The notes: a model not told the origin generated them from the sequence alone. A stretch of DNA of 24,000 nucleotides from Actinomycetes bacterium (GCA_039930525.1 JBDTTS010000002.1:9197-33196); one strand, 5' to 3'; positions 1 through 9,664 are shown, numbered from the stretch's first letter. Numbers and translations are program-made.

Positions 1-65
1 ACAACGTGGGCAAGGTCCTGCTGCAAGTTGTGCCCTCATGAGCGACACCGGCGACATCGATTGTT

Positions 66-1580
66 CTACGCTTCGGCCCCAGCTGAATAGGCCGCCTCAG
101 CCGGACGGCGAGGCTCATGCGCATTGATGCAAATGCGATTTCGCCCGCTGTTCTTTGCTTGGTAGAGCGAAGCGTCCGCTCGGGCCATCGTCACATCGAT
201 AGGTTCGTCAATGCGCCGTGCGGCGAGTCCGATCGAGACTGTCTGCCCCATGGGGACGCCTGCCTTGAGCCGCTCGAGCACTTCGACCGCTTGATCGGGA
301 GTGCAGTCGGGCAACGCGATCGCGAACTCCTCACCTCCCCACCTCACCAAGAGGTCGTCGGGTCGGATGAGTCGCTGCCACTTCTCGCCCAGCGACTTCA
401 GAAGAGTGTCACCAGCTAAGTGCCCGAAGGAGTCGTTGTAGGTCTTGAAGTGGTCGAGGTCAGCGATCGCGATGCAGAGCGGTGCGTCGAGCAGCTCTGG
501 AACTCTCTCGCGCCATGCACGGCGGTTTCCCATCCCGGTCAACGAGTCGGTCGTTGCGCTGTGCCGGAGGGTGTTCATCATGTCGGCGCGCTCGATGGCC
601 CAACCGATCTCTTGAGCGAGGAGAGTAACGGCTGCGCTCGTCTGGTTGGGGAGGTTTGGCCGCCGATCCCGCCAGGCGAGATGAAGTACGCCATGCACCA
701 CTCCATCGTGACCGAAGGGGTGCACGAGGATGCTGCGGGTGTCACCCTCTGATCGCGGCGCTGAACTTGCTCGCGGATCACGATGGGTGTCTGGTACGTA
801 GATCGGGCGTCCACCCACATAGGCCTCACCATCTAGTGAGGGCTCACTGAGGGAAAGTCGTCGGTCCGAGTGCTCGATGCCGAGGGATGCGCTGCGCCGT
901 AGGTGGTGTGAGCCGTCAGGCTCAAGGATGAGGACGATGGAGGCTCCGGACACTTCTCGAAGTGCTCGACAGGCCATGCCACGAGGGTCGCTGTCCTGCC
1001 GAATTCGCTGGGCGGCACTAGCCACCTGGGTCAGCGTCTGCTGAGCCTCGCGAGCCTCCTGCTCGCTGGCCCCCTGCCGTTGCACCAGCGTCGAGATCGC
1101 CCATACGGCAAGGGCCGGAACCGCGGTGAACACTATGATTCGGCGGACGTCTGTTGTGGTGAGGTCGCTAGCCCCGTCAAGCACGGTGACCGCAATGACA
1201 GCCGCGAGCATCAGCGCCAGCGTGATGAGGGCGTCCAACCGCTCGCCGTAGAGACTCACCCAGAGCGCAGGCAAGAAGAGGACCAGGGTGGCACCGGAGT
1301 CGGCGCCGCCGGTTCCGTAGACCAACAGAGTGAGGGCACCGAGCCAGACATAGACGGTGAGGTTCATCGTCAGCCGATGGGAGCGCCTCGCCACAGCGAG
1401 CGTCAGCGCGGTGAGCCCAGCGAGGGTGAGAGCGAGCCCAGCGAGCAGTGGCCCAGGGTGAGCTTGACCATCGCCACCGAGCGAGACAAGGGGAGCGACG
1501 AGTCCAGCCACGCCGAATGGCGCGACCTGCAGCGTGGCAGCCCGCAGTCGCGATGTGGAGGAGCTTGGTTCCTTCGGCAT
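66..1580 (-). CDS. Membrane-anchored GAF-GGDEF diguanylate cyclase
   Basis: 504-aa ORF. The N-terminal ~170 aa are hydrophobic helices, followed by a GAF-like region and a C-terminal GGDEF domain with 'RWGGEEFAIALPD'. An RxxD inhibitory site ('RPDD') sits at the canonical five-residue spacing upstream of GGEEF. Confidence 0.85.
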   Translation of the reverse strand: MPKEPSSSTSRLRAATLQVAPFGVAGLVAPLVSLGGDGQAHPGPLLAGLALTLAGLTALTLAVARRSHRLTMNLTVYVWLGALTLLVYGTGGADSGATLVLFLPALWVSLYGERLDALITLALMLAAVIAVTVLDGASDLTTTDVRRIIVFTAVPALAVWAISTLVQRQGASEQEAREAQQTLTQVASAAQRIRQDSDPRGMACRALREVSGASIVLILEPDGSHHLRRSASLGIEHSDRRLSLSEPSLDGEAYVGGRPIYVPDTHRDPRASSAPRSEGDTRSILVHPFGHDGVVHGVLHLAWRDRRPNLPNQTSAAVTLLAQEIGWAIERADMMNTLRHSATTDSLTGMGNRRAWRERVPELLDAPLCIAIADLDHFKTYNDSFGHLAGDTLLKSLGEKWQRLIRPDDLLVRWGGEEFAIALPDCTPDQAVEVLERLKAGVPMGQTVSIGLAARRIDEPIDVTMARADASLYQAKNSGRNRICINAHEPRRPAEAAYSAGAEA

Positions 1581-1620
1581 CGTGTTTGGTGTGTCGGCAG
1601 GTAGGCCGCTGGTCCTGAGC

Positions 1621-1636
1621 CCGGTGTGAGCACCGG
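1621..1636 (-). terminator. Candidate stem-loop downstream of the SGNH hydrolase gene
   Basis: Perfect hairpin ccggtg-tgag-caccgg (6-bp stem, 4-nt loop) in the 72-nt gap between the stop at 1653 and the next minus-strand start at 1580. There is no U-tract, so this is weak. Confidence 0.25.
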
Positions 1637-1652
1637 ATGTGGGCCGGATGAG

Positions 1653-2288
1653 TCAGGTCAGGATCAGGCGGACCTTGGCGGCGATCGCCTCGCCGGCGGC
1701 GCGGTGTCCATCGGCCTCCCAGTGCCACGGGTCAACGGCGCTCGGCTGCACCACCTCAGAGAGGTCCAGAAAGTCACACGCAATGGTCGCCAGGTATCCA
1801 CCCAGCGCGTCGGTCAGCGCTCTGGACCGGGCCTCAGCTCCTTCGTGCAGGGCCCTCAGCTCGACGCTCAACGGTCCGACGATGTGCGGGCCGACCACCA
1901 GCACTTTCGGGGGCGACGTTCCTGCCGGACCGAAGTCATCGCACCCCCTGACGATCGAGACGAGTTCGCCGGTCCCGCGAACGATATCTGAGACGTCCAG
2001 GTAGGGCAGCGAGACGTCGTTGGTGCCTAGCAGAATGACCACGAGGTCAAGCGGGTGGCTGATCTCCATCACTGGCACGAGCAGGTCCTTGCCGTTGCGC
2101 CACAGCCGAGGCAGGTAATCAAAGGTTGTGGTGCGACCATTCAATCCGTTCTCGATGACCTCGAAGTCGGCCCCCAGCCTCGCCCGCGTGATGCCAGGCC
2201 AACGAACGTCAGGTGCGAACCGCCCCGACTCACTGCCGGGAATGGCACCCCAGGTGTTCGAGTCGCCGTAGCAAAGAACAGTGTGCAT
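1653..2288 (-). CDS. SGNH/GDSL-family hydrolase (lipase/arylesterase-like)
   Basis: 211-aa ORF starting 'MHTVLCYGDSNTWG' (block I GDS with the catalytic Ser). A later 'GTND' block and C-terminal 'DPWH' (DxxH-type) match SGNH hydrolases. Confidence 0.8.
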   Translation of the reverse strand: MHTVLCYGDSNTWGAIPGSESGRFAPDVRWPGITRARLGADFEVIENGLNGRTTTFDYLPRLWRNGKDLLVPVMEISHPLDLVVILLGTNDVSLPYLDVSDIVRGTGELVSIVRGCDDFGPAGTSPPKVLVVGPHIVGPLSVELRALHEGAEARSRALTDALGGYLATIACDFLDLSEVVQPSAVDPWHWEADGHRAAGEAIAAKVRLILT

Positions 2289-2337
2289 AAGAGAAAACTA
2301 GCGAGTCAGCGTGCCGTCAGGTGGACGCTCTCTTTCG

Positions 2338-3126
2338 TCAGTGACCACCTGTGACCAGCCAAGCCCGCGCTTGAAGGGCAAGCGAGCCATCGGGCTGAGC
2401 CGGGATGGTGTGGCGCAGTCGATTCGACAGTCGCTGGCGGTGGGTGTCAGACAGGGACGAGCAATAGGTCGGCGCTGGTCCCTGACCCCCGAGGAATGGG
2501 CGCCAGTAGTCGTCGAAATCTGTGAATGTTGTGTCGAGTTCGACCGGAGTGCACGTGACGTCGGTCAGTCCGGCTCCCCGAAAGAGTCTCTCCAGGGTGT
2601 CTGCGCGGCAGAGGGCGAACCGCATTCCCTCGTCGTAGGTGGAAGCCGAAGGATCTTCGGCCAGAGCCGCGTCCCAGAAGTACCTCAGCATCTGCATCCC
2701 CTCTGCGTAGTCCCACACGTAGGCGCTGACGCGCCCACCCGGTGCCGTCACACGTCTCATCTCGCGCAGAGCGCTGGATGGATCGTCCGCAAAGTTCAGT
2801 GCGAGCCCGGCGATGACGTGGTCGACTGTGGCGTCCGCCAGTGGAAGGTGGCTGGCGTCACCGCTGAAAAACTGAGCCTTCTGATCCTGAAGTCTCCTCC
2901 GAGCGTCAGCAATGAACTCAGGCGACGGGTCAACGCCGACCACAGAGGTTGGCGTGGTGAGTTCCAGAATGGCTTGGCTCAGTGCGCCTGTACCGCACCC
3001 GACGTCCAGCCATCTGAGCGCCTCGGGAGGAGAAAGCGATGCGAGAACACGCCGGGCGAGCGGTCGACTGAACCTCCCCATGAAGTACTCGTAGGGGTTA
3101 GCGCTCGTCCAGGAATCGTCCGTCAT
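2338..3126 (-). CDS. Class I SAM-dependent methyltransferase
   Basis: 262-aa ORF with motif I 'LDVGCGTGALS' and downstream 'APGGRV' post-I/II-type blocks. ATG start at 3126. Confidence 0.8.
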   Translation of the reverse strand: MTDDSWTSANPYEYFMGRFSRPLARRVLASLSPPEALRWLDVGCGTGALSQAILELTTPTSVVGVDPSPEFIADARRRLQDQKAQFFSGDASHLPLADATVDHVIAGLALNFADDPSSALREMRRVTAPGGRVSAYVWDYAEGMQMLRYFWDAALAEDPSASTYDEGMRFALCRADTLERLFRGAGLTDVTCTPVELDTTFTDFDDYWRPFLGGQGPAPTYCSSLSDTHRQRLSNRLRHTIPAQPDGSLALQARAWLVTGGH

Positions 3127-3189
3127 GGGTTCATCATCGACCCGGTGGAGAGTGGCTGCCGCTGAAGGGGCAGATCGGCCAGATCACTA

Positions 3190-4083
3190 TTGTCGATGAC
3201 CATGGTTGAACCCGCGGTCGAGGTCCGCGGACTCGTGAAGACTTACGCCGGAACCCCAGCCGTCGACGGCATCGACCTGCTCGTGATGCGCGGGGAGTGT
3301 TTCGCGCTCCTTGGGCCAAACGGGGCCGGCAAGACAACGGCGATTGAGATCCTTGAGGGTTACCGCGCCCGCGAAGCAGGTGAGGCGTTGGTGCTGGGCC
3401 ACGACCCCGGTCGACCGACGCGGGCCTGGCGCAACCGCATCGGCATTGTGTTGCAGACGGCCACGGACAACGCAGAGTTGAGCGTGCACGAGGTCGTCAG
3501 CCACTTCGCTCACTACTACCCGGCACCACGAGACACAGACCAGGTCATCGACGCCGTCGGCCTGACCGACAAGCGGTCGACGAGGACGAGAAACCTGTCG
3601 GGCGGTCAACGGCGGCGACTCGATGTCGCGCTCGGCATCATCGGACGTCCAGAGCTGCTCTTCCTTGACGAGCCGACCACCGGCTTCGATCCGGAGGCTC
3701 GTCGCGACTTCTGGAAGCTGATCGGTCAGCTACGTGCCGATGGCACGACCATCCTGCTCACGACGCACTACTTGGAGGAGGCCGAACAGCTGGCCGACCG
3801 AGTGGCCGTCATCGCGCGGGGTCAGATTGTTGCCGAAGGCACTCCCTCGGCGCTGGGCGGGCGCGCGACTGCGGACGCAGTCGTGTCGTGGCGGACGCCC
3901 GACGGTGTCCAGACAAAAAAGACGGCGGAGCCCACGCGTCTGGTATCGGAGCTGGCTGCTCAGTACGACGGCGAGATCCCCGAGTTAACTATCCGCCGAG
4001 CCAGCCTGGAAGACGTCTACCTGTCACTAGTCGGCCGGCAGAACGAGAACGTGTCCGACGCAAACAGGGTGGGCGACCCATGA
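3190..4083 (+). CDS. ABC transporter ATP-binding protein (ABC-2/DrrA-like)
   Basis: Walker A 'GPNGAGKTT', signature 'LSGGQRRRL', Walker B 'LLFLDEPT'. The start is uncertain (TTG 3190, ATG 3196 or ATG 3202). The stop overlaps the next gene's start (ATGA at 4080-4083). Confidence 0.9.
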   Translation: MSMTMVEPAVEVRGLVKTYAGTPAVDGIDLLVMRGECFALLGPNGAGKTTAIEILEGYRAREAGEALVLGHDPGRPTRAWRNRIGIVLQTATDNAELSVHEVVSHFAHYYPAPRDTDQVIDAVGLTDKRSTRTRNLSGGQRRRLDVALGIIGRPELLFLDEPTTGFDPEARRDFWKLIGQLRADGTTILLTTHYLEEAEQLADRVAVIARGQIVAEGTPSALGGRATADAVVSWRTPDGVQTKKTAEPTRLVSELAAQYDGEIPELTIRRASLEDVYLSLVGRQNENVSDANRVGDP

Positions 4084-4880
4084 CCCCTACCCTCACCATT
4101 GGTTGGCACCGGTTCCGCGTCGAACTCAAGGAGTTTTTCCGGGAACGTGAGTCCGTAGTCTTCACCTTCTCGATGCCGATGCTGCTCATGCTGATCTTCG
4201 GATCGGTATTCAGTGGCGAGGTCGCCCCAGGGCTAGGCGTCACGTTCTCGCAGTACTTCCTCGCCGGGATGATCGCCTCCGGTCTTGTGTACAGCTCGTT
4301 TCAGCAGTTGGCCATTGCCATTCCGACAGAGCGCGACAACGGAACGCTGAAGCGGATCCAAGGAACGCCGATGCCCAAGGCGTCGTATTTCCTTGGCAAG
4401 CTGGGCGTTGTACTCATGGTGTATTGCGGCCAGGTGATTCTTCTGTTGCTCATCGGCGTGGTGCTGTTCGACGTGACGCTCCCCGACACCTGGTGGCAGT
4501 GGATCACCTTCTTGTGGGTGAGCACCTTGGGCCTGACCCTGTGCACGCTTCTCGGTATCGCCTTCTCAAGCTTGCCGCGCAGCGGGCGTTCGGCATCCGC
4601 CTTGGTGACACCGGTGATCTTGGTGCTGCAGTTCACGTCGGGGGTGTTCTTTGTCTTCCGTGATCTGCCGCACTGGATGCAGGTGTTTGCCTCGTTCTTC
4701 CCGTTGAAGTGGATGACGCAGGGGATGCGGGCGGTGTTCTTACCCGGCGAGTTCGCCTCGCAGGAGCCGGCGGGTGTGTGGGAACTCCCCCAGGTGGCGG
4801 CGGTGCTCGTTCTGTGGACGGTCGTTGCAATGGTTCTGGCGCTGACCACGTTCCGCTGGCAGCGCCGTGGTGATGGGTGA
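4080..4880 (+). CDS. ABC-2 type transporter permease
   Basis: I start it at ATG 4080 ('MTPTLTIGWHRF...'), which is translationally coupled to the ATPase stop. The track's 3888 start would overlap the ATPase C-terminus. About six hydrophobic helices, as is typical of ABC-2 permeases. Confidence 0.85.
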   Translation: MTPTLTIGWHRFRVELKEFFRERESVVFTFSMPMLLMLIFGSVFSGEVAPGLGVTFSQYFLAGMIASGLVYSSFQQLAIAIPTERDNGTLKRIQGTPMPKASYFLGKLGVVLMVYCGQVILLLLIGVVLFDVTLPDTWWQWITFLWVSTLGLTLCTLLGIAFSSLPRSGRSASALVTPVILVLQFTSGVFFVFRDLPHWMQVFASFFPLKWMTQGMRAVFLPGEFASQEPAGVWELPQVAAVLVLWTVVAMVLALTTFRWQRRGDG

Positions 4881-4881
4881 A

Positions 4882-5415
4882 CTACTGAGCCACCGGACTC
4901 GGTGGACTGATTGCCATGCCGCGCTTGTCGTGACAGACGTCTGGCCAGGGGCCGCGCGCCCATTGGAGCCCTGAGCCTGCGGCTGCGACGATGTCGGCTT
5001 CGTTCTCAGCGACCAGCTTTGCGGACTCGGTGTGTCGACTGACGTCACCGACACCTGCAAGGGTGAGCAGACCGCGCACATCGGCGAGGCGGTCGGCTAG
5101 CCATCCCAGGGGATCGGCGGGGATGGCTGGGTCGAACACCCGGTCTCCAGGCTCGCCCGCGGGCATCGTCGGGTGCCAGTGCATCCGGTCGGCAGCACCG
5201 GGTGACGACTCGAGCAGGTCGATGCGACAGACCGCTGGGTGCATCGTCACCGTTGGCGACGCGTAGATGGTCCCGACGTGCGATGAATCGACTGGGCGAA
5301 TCTCGACCCGCACTCCGCGTTCGCGAGTGTCGGGCGCTGATGCGAACGCTGGGTCTAGAAAGTCGATGCGCGTCACGGTCACCGAGAGGGTGTCGAAAAG
5401 CCAGGCCGTCTCCAT
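4882..5415 (-). CDS. Hypothetical protein (no recognisable family)
   Basis: Open frame with coding-like third-position GC. The start is either ATG 5415 ('METAWLF...') or TTG 5424. I recognised no motifs. It converges on the permease with a 1-nt gap. Confidence 0.5.
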   Translation of the reverse strand: METAWLFDTLSVTVTRIDFLDPAFASAPDTRERGVRVEIRPVDSSHVGTIYASPTVTMHPAVCRIDLLESSPGAADRMHWHPTMPAGEPGDRVFDPAIPADPLGWLADRLADVRGLLTLAGVGDVSRHTESAKLVAENEADIVAAAGSGLQWARGPWPDVCHDKRGMAISPPSPVAQ

Positions 5416-5644
5416 GACTTCCAACCTATAGATCCGATGGAACCGGTGATGACGCGCGTGCGATCAGTGCACATATCGTGGCTCAGCTCAGTAGTCATGC
5501 CGTGGCCGCCTAGCGAACCCACACGCGAAGTAGTCACAACCCGCCAGTTATGAACCATCCCGAAAGGCGATGGGGTACGCGCCGCATCGGGTCTACTGTG
5601 CCAGGCGTAGAGGGGGGTGGGGGAGCAATCCCAACGGGGCAACA

Positions 5645-7771
5645 ATGAAGCGCAATGCCGTCTTTCTGACCACGATCGCGGCTGTGGCCGCGCTTACCGC
5701 CAGTTCGCCCGCGATTGCTCGCGATGATGGCGATGACGACTTTAGCCCGGGAGCGGTCGGGGTTGGTGACCCGTACTACCCCACCGATGGGAACGGTGGC
5801 TACGACGCGACGCACTACACCCTCGACCTGGGCTACGACCCAGACTCGGATCGAATCTCGGGCAGCGTGACGATGAAAGCCCTAGCCACACAAGGTCTTT
5901 CACGATTCAACCTCGACATGAGCGGACTACGCGTTCATTCGGTCTCGGTGAACGAGCACCGGGCAGAGTGGCGTCGTGACGGTGACGAGCTGGTCATCAC
6001 TCCACGTCACGGGCTGGAAGACGGTGACGATTTCACCGTCACCGTTGACTACGCGGGGGTGCCGCAGACGCTGAATGACCTCTTTGGCGTATCAGGGTTC
6101 ATTCACACCGACGACGGCGCTCTTGTGATGGGGCAGCCGCACGGCGCCGCAACGTGGTACCCAGTCAGCGACCATCCCAGCGATCGTGCCTCTTACACCT
6201 TCCACATTCGCGTCCCCCAAGGCCTGACAGCGGTTGCCAACGGTGTTCTGCTCGGGAGAAACACCAGAAACGGACAGACAACGTGGAACTGGGAGGCCAA
6301 GGAGCCGATGGCCTCCTACCTCACCACCGCCACCATTGGTGAGTTCACCCTCCACAGTTACGAGGCCGACGGCCTGCGCTACTGGGACGCGGTCGACCCG
6401 GATTTGTATGCCCCTGTTGCGCAGCCGACCACCGGAACGCAGTTCGCCCAGTCGCAGGTGGCCAGCAATGGGTACAAGCGTCTGAGTCGAGTAATCGATG
6501 TCCCCGCGAGTGGAGGTTCCTTATCGTTCACAGTGACGCGCGACACAGAAGAGCCCTGGGACTTCTTCTTCGTCGAGGCTGTGCGTCCGGGATCTGGAGA
6601 CTGGACCACACTTGCTGATGAGAACGGTCACACGTCACGGAGCACGGGATGGTCTTGCCCATGGTGGCTGAACATCCATCCATTCCTGTCCCACTACCAG
6701 ACCCCCAGAAACAACGGCTGCCAGCCGTCTGGCACCTCTGGCAGCTGGTGGGCAGCAACAGGCAGCAGCGGTACCGCCGAAGACTGGAAGCTCGACCTGT
6801 CGGCATACGCGGGCCAGCGTCTGCGCATTGCCTTTGCCTACGCGAGTGATGAGATCGTTCAAAGGAGCGGCGTCTACATTGACGACATCGCCACACCGGG
6901 TGGTGAGGGGACGACATCCTTCGAGCCGGACGGCAACGTGTGGGATGGCTGGACGGTTCCAGGGTCGCCCAAGGGGAGCCCGACCAACGCCAACGACTGG
7001 ATCGTTGGAACCGTCGGCGACCTACCGCCGTCGCTCGGCGAGAAGGTCGACAGTTCGTTCGCTCGGCAACCAGACATCCTCAGGTTCCTCAGCCACAAGT
7101 TCGGGCCGTACCCGTTCGACGCGGCAGGCGGGATCGTCGACGATGTGTACGACGTTCAGTTCGCGCTCGAGACGCAGACGCGGCCGAACTACTCCCCTGT
7201 CTTCTGGGGCGACCAGGAGGACAGCGGCGACTCGGTGGTCGTCCACGAGAACGCCCACCAGTGGTACGGCGACAGCCTGACTGTGCGTCGGTGGAAGAAC
7301 ATCTGGCTCAATGAGGGTTTCGCGACCTACGCAGAGTGGCTTTGGTCTGCACATGAGGGTTCGTCCACCGAGCAGGAGAACTTCGACAGCATCTACTACG
7401 GGATCGGGAAGCGATCGAGCTTCTGGAAGGTGGTAATCGGTGACCCCGGGCCAGACCTGCTGTTCGACGGTGCGGTGTACTGGCGGGGTGCGATGACACT
7501 CCACCAACTGAGGGAGAAAGTCGGCGACCACGCGTTCTTCCGTACCTTGAAAATCTGGGCGGCGAAGAACCAGTACGGAACCGTGACGACCCGGAAGTTC
7601 CAACGTCTCGCGGAGCGTGTTTCCGGACAAGACCTCGACACGTTATTCCGAGTTTGGCTCTATACCCCCGAGAAGCCTCAGCTGCCCGGCTACCGATCGA
7701 CCGGATCGCGGACATCGACTGAGCTCGTCGCAACAGTTCGCAAGGCGCTGATCACCGCACGGAGGCGCTGA
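5645..7771 (+). CDS. Secreted M1-family zinc metallopeptidase with an inserted beta-sandwich-like module
   Basis: Start moved to ATG 5645, giving the signal peptide 'MKRNAVFLTTIAAVAALTASSPAIA'. Zinc site 'HENAHQWYGD' (HExxH) plus 'WLNEGFATY' (the third-ligand Glu 18 residues later), with 'FALETQ' in the GxMEN position. About 190 extra residues are inserted before the catalytic domain. Confidence 0.85.
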   Translation: MKRNAVFLTTIAAVAALTASSPAIARDDGDDDFSPGAVGVGDPYYPTDGNGGYDATHYTLDLGYDPDSDRISGSVTMKALATQGLSRFNLDMSGLRVHSVSVNEHRAEWRRDGDELVITPRHGLEDGDDFTVTVDYAGVPQTLNDLFGVSGFIHTDDGALVMGQPHGAATWYPVSDHPSDRASYTFHIRVPQGLTAVANGVLLGRNTRNGQTTWNWEAKEPMASYLTTATIGEFTLHSYEADGLRYWDAVDPDLYAPVAQPTTGTQFAQSQVASNGYKRLSRVIDVPASGGSLSFTVTRDTEEPWDFFFVEAVRPGSGDWTTLADENGHTSRSTGWSCPWWLNIHPFLSHYQTPRNNGCQPSGTSGSWWAATGSSGTAEDWKLDLSAYAGQRLRIAFAYASDEIVQRSGVYIDDIATPGGEGTTSFEPDGNVWDGWTVPGSPKGSPTNANDWIVGTVGDLPPSLGEKVDSSFARQPDILRFLSHKFGPYPFDAAGGIVDDVYDVQFALETQTRPNYSPVFWGDQEDSGDSVVVHENAHQWYGDSLTVRRWKNIWLNEGFATYAEWLWSAHEGSSTEQENFDSIYYGIGKRSSFWKVVIGDPGPDLLFDGAVYWRGAMTLHQLREKVGDHAFFRTLKIWAAKNQYGTVTTRKFQRLAERVSGQDLDTLFRVWLYTPEKPQLPGYRSTGSRTSTELVATVRKALITARRR

Positions 7772-7779
7772 GTTCCAAC

Positions 7780-7926
7780 GACAAGTCAAACGACTTGGCA
7801 GCGGCGGCATGTCTGTCGCGGGCTCACTTCAGCCGAGAGTTTCGTCGGGCCTTCGGTGAGACGCTCCACACGTACTTGCTGACCCGCAGACTGGAACGAG
7901 CGGCAACTCTGCTGCGCGGTACCGAC
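7780..7926 (+). pseudogene. Fossil fragment of an AraC/XylS-family HTH regulator
   Basis: The frame after the M1 stop reads '...LAAAACLSRAHFSREFRRAFGETLHTYLLTRRLERAATLLRGTD', matching the first HTH and linker helix of the AraC DNA-binding domain. There is no N-terminal domain or second HTH. Further downstream the frame is merely antisense to the oxidase gene. Confidence 0.55.
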
Positions 7927-9486
7927 TCACGACCACGGATAGATCGGCTTGTACTGCCGCTGCTCGAGGAAAGCCGCCCTCAGCCCATCGGGGTACGGGA
8001 TGTCGAGGACATCGAGGACCTCGGCGGCCACTCTGCTGCCCGACTCAGCCCCTCCGTTGAGGTAGCCCTGGCTGTAGACGGACGTGTGTTCGCCGGCGAA
8101 GTGCGCGCGTCCTTCGGATCGTCCCATCAGGCCTAGGAACGAGGTCATGTTGCCTGGTAGGAAGGCTGCGTAGGAACCTTTCACCCACGGATCCTTGGTC
8201 CAGTAGTCGAGCCACACACCTCCAACCTGGGCGGCGGCTATCCCCGGAAGCATCTCGTCGAGCGCGTCCAGCGTTTGATCGGCTACTTCCGTTGGGGCCG
8301 TTCCATGCGGCTGGTCGGTGGGGTAGGTCGCGCCAGCCGCACCACCGGCGAAGATCGTGACCAGCGCGTACTGGCGATCACTGGAGTCGGCGCTTCCCGA
8401 TTCCCATGTACTGAACTGGGGATCGTCCGCGCGCTGGAGGTAGCCGCTCCAGTTCTCGAACTCTCTCAACGGCTCGTCGAACTGGAGGAGCACCTTGGAG
8501 TTCGTGCCCATCCCTTGTCGGTTGATGGCCAACTTCTTGAGGTCAGAAAACCCGGCTTTGCTCAGGTCGACGTCCTGCATCGCGGTGAATGGCAGTGCAA
8601 GCACCAGGAAGTCAGCAACTACCGGCACCGACGAGTTGCCGAACACTAGTTCGTACTCACCGTTGGACAGTGTTCGAACAGATTCAAGGGCGGCATCCAG
8701 CGTGACAGAGCCAGCGGGGAGCGAAGCTGCGAGGCCTTGCGGGATCTGGTCGTTGCCGCCATGGATCGTGTAACGCTCGTCGTCGCCCGGCCACTCGACC
8801 GCGTAGAAGTCGATCAGGTTCGATGCGGACAACTGGTCGGCGTCGAGTCCGTACCAACTGGCTTGGCCGGCCGAGAAGAGCCGCCCCATGGGCGAGTCGA
8901 TGGACTCACCGGTCTCGGCTGTCAGCCACTCAGCTTCGGTCATCTCGTCGAAGGCCTGCGCCCTGACTCCCGCGTCTTTGGCGAAGTAGGAGCCATTGCG
9001 CTTGGCGACAGAGGTGAGTTGGCGGGACGTCTCGTTGATGGTCGCCATGAAGTCCTTACGGTCGACGTCGACGCCGTCGACCCAGGTCAGCGAGGACGTA
9101 CCGGGTTCCCAGGTGCTCCAGAGGTCATCGACTTGCAACTTGAGCTCTTGTGCGAGGCCGAGCAGGTGGACGTGGCGGGTGTCAATGAACTCGCCACCGT
9201 GCTCACCGACCTGGTCGGCCTCCCACCCGGTTGAGCTCCAGCATCGGCCACCCACCCGGTCGCGTGCTTCGAAGACGCTGACGTCGACGCCGGCTTGGCT
9301 GAGTCGGTAGGCGGCGGTCAAGCCGGCGAGGCCCGCTCCCACGACGACGACGCGGGGGCCACCTTTCGAATCTCTGGTTGAGGGCGTGGCGGCGGCGTCC
9401 GTCGACGGGGGGCTAGAGGTGCACGCACTCAACGTTAGGCCAGCGCTTAGCATCGTGCCCGACGTCAGAAAGGCTCGGCGCGTCAT
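7927..9486 (-). CDS. TAT-exported lipoprotein, flavin-containing amine oxidase family
   Basis: Start placed at ATG 9486, giving 'MTRRAFLTSGTMLSAGLTLSAC' (twin-arginine motif plus lipobox Cys). FAD fold 'VVVVGAGLAGLTAAYRL...VFEARDRVGGR', and a C-terminal 'HFAGEHTS' block typical of amine oxidases. Confidence 0.8.
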   Translation of the reverse strand: MTRRAFLTSGTMLSAGLTLSACTSSPPSTDAAATPSTRDSKGGPRVVVVGAGLAGLTAAYRLSQAGVDVSVFEARDRVGGRCWSSTGWEADQVGEHGGEFIDTRHVHLLGLAQELKLQVDDLWSTWEPGTSSLTWVDGVDVDRKDFMATINETSRQLTSVAKRNGSYFAKDAGVRAQAFDEMTEAEWLTAETGESIDSPMGRLFSAGQASWYGLDADQLSASNLIDFYAVEWPGDDERYTIHGGNDQIPQGLAASLPAGSVTLDAALESVRTLSNGEYELVFGNSSVPVVADFLVLALPFTAMQDVDLSKAGFSDLKKLAINRQGMGTNSKVLLQFDEPLREFENWSGYLQRADDPQFSTWESGSADSSDRQYALVTIFAGGAAGATYPTDQPHGTAPTEVADQTLDALDEMLPGIAAAQVGGVWLDYWTKDPWVKGSYAAFLPGNMTSFLGLMGRSEGRAHFAGEHTSVYSQGYLNGGAESGSRVAAEVLDVLDIPYPDGLRAAFLEQRQYKPIYPWS

Positions 9487-9646
9487 GGCGCTAGCACGGT
9501 GGACCGCTTCGTCAGCAGACATGTCGCGGGCGAGCTGCGACTTGAGCCGAAGCTGCACCATCGACCGCAGGAATCGGTCCTCGGGCGATCGGGGGCCTCC
9601 TGGCAACGCATCCCCCTCTTTACTCCGGCCAGCATGGGCGAGATGA

Positions 9647-9664
9647 GAGTTACAACAGTAACTC
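9647..9664. promoter_or_regulatory. Candidate operator palindrome in a divergent intergenic region
   Basis: gagttac-aaca-gtaactc: perfect 7-bp inverted arms with a 4-nt spacer, in the AT-richer 390-bp gap between the oxidase (minus) and the S1 protease (plus). Confidence 0.3.

Noticed and set aside
3888-4079. Upstream extensions of track ORFs: permease from 3888, M1 peptidase from 5570, oxidase to 9606, S1 protease from 9775, hydrolase to 19209, SnoaL gene to 16721, methyltransferase to 15210.
   Set aside because: In each case an internal start gives a proper signal peptide, RBS or translational coupling. The extension overlaps a neighbouring gene or remnant, or is Arg/Pro-rich filler.
7927-9486. 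Could the FAD oxidase be a CrtI-type desaturase supplying carotenoid or retinal precursors for heliorhodopsin?
   Set aside because: It carries a TAT signal and lipobox (extracytoplasmic), has amine-oxidase-type C-terminal blocks and lies outside the island. No crtB, crtE, crtY or blh gene accompanies it.
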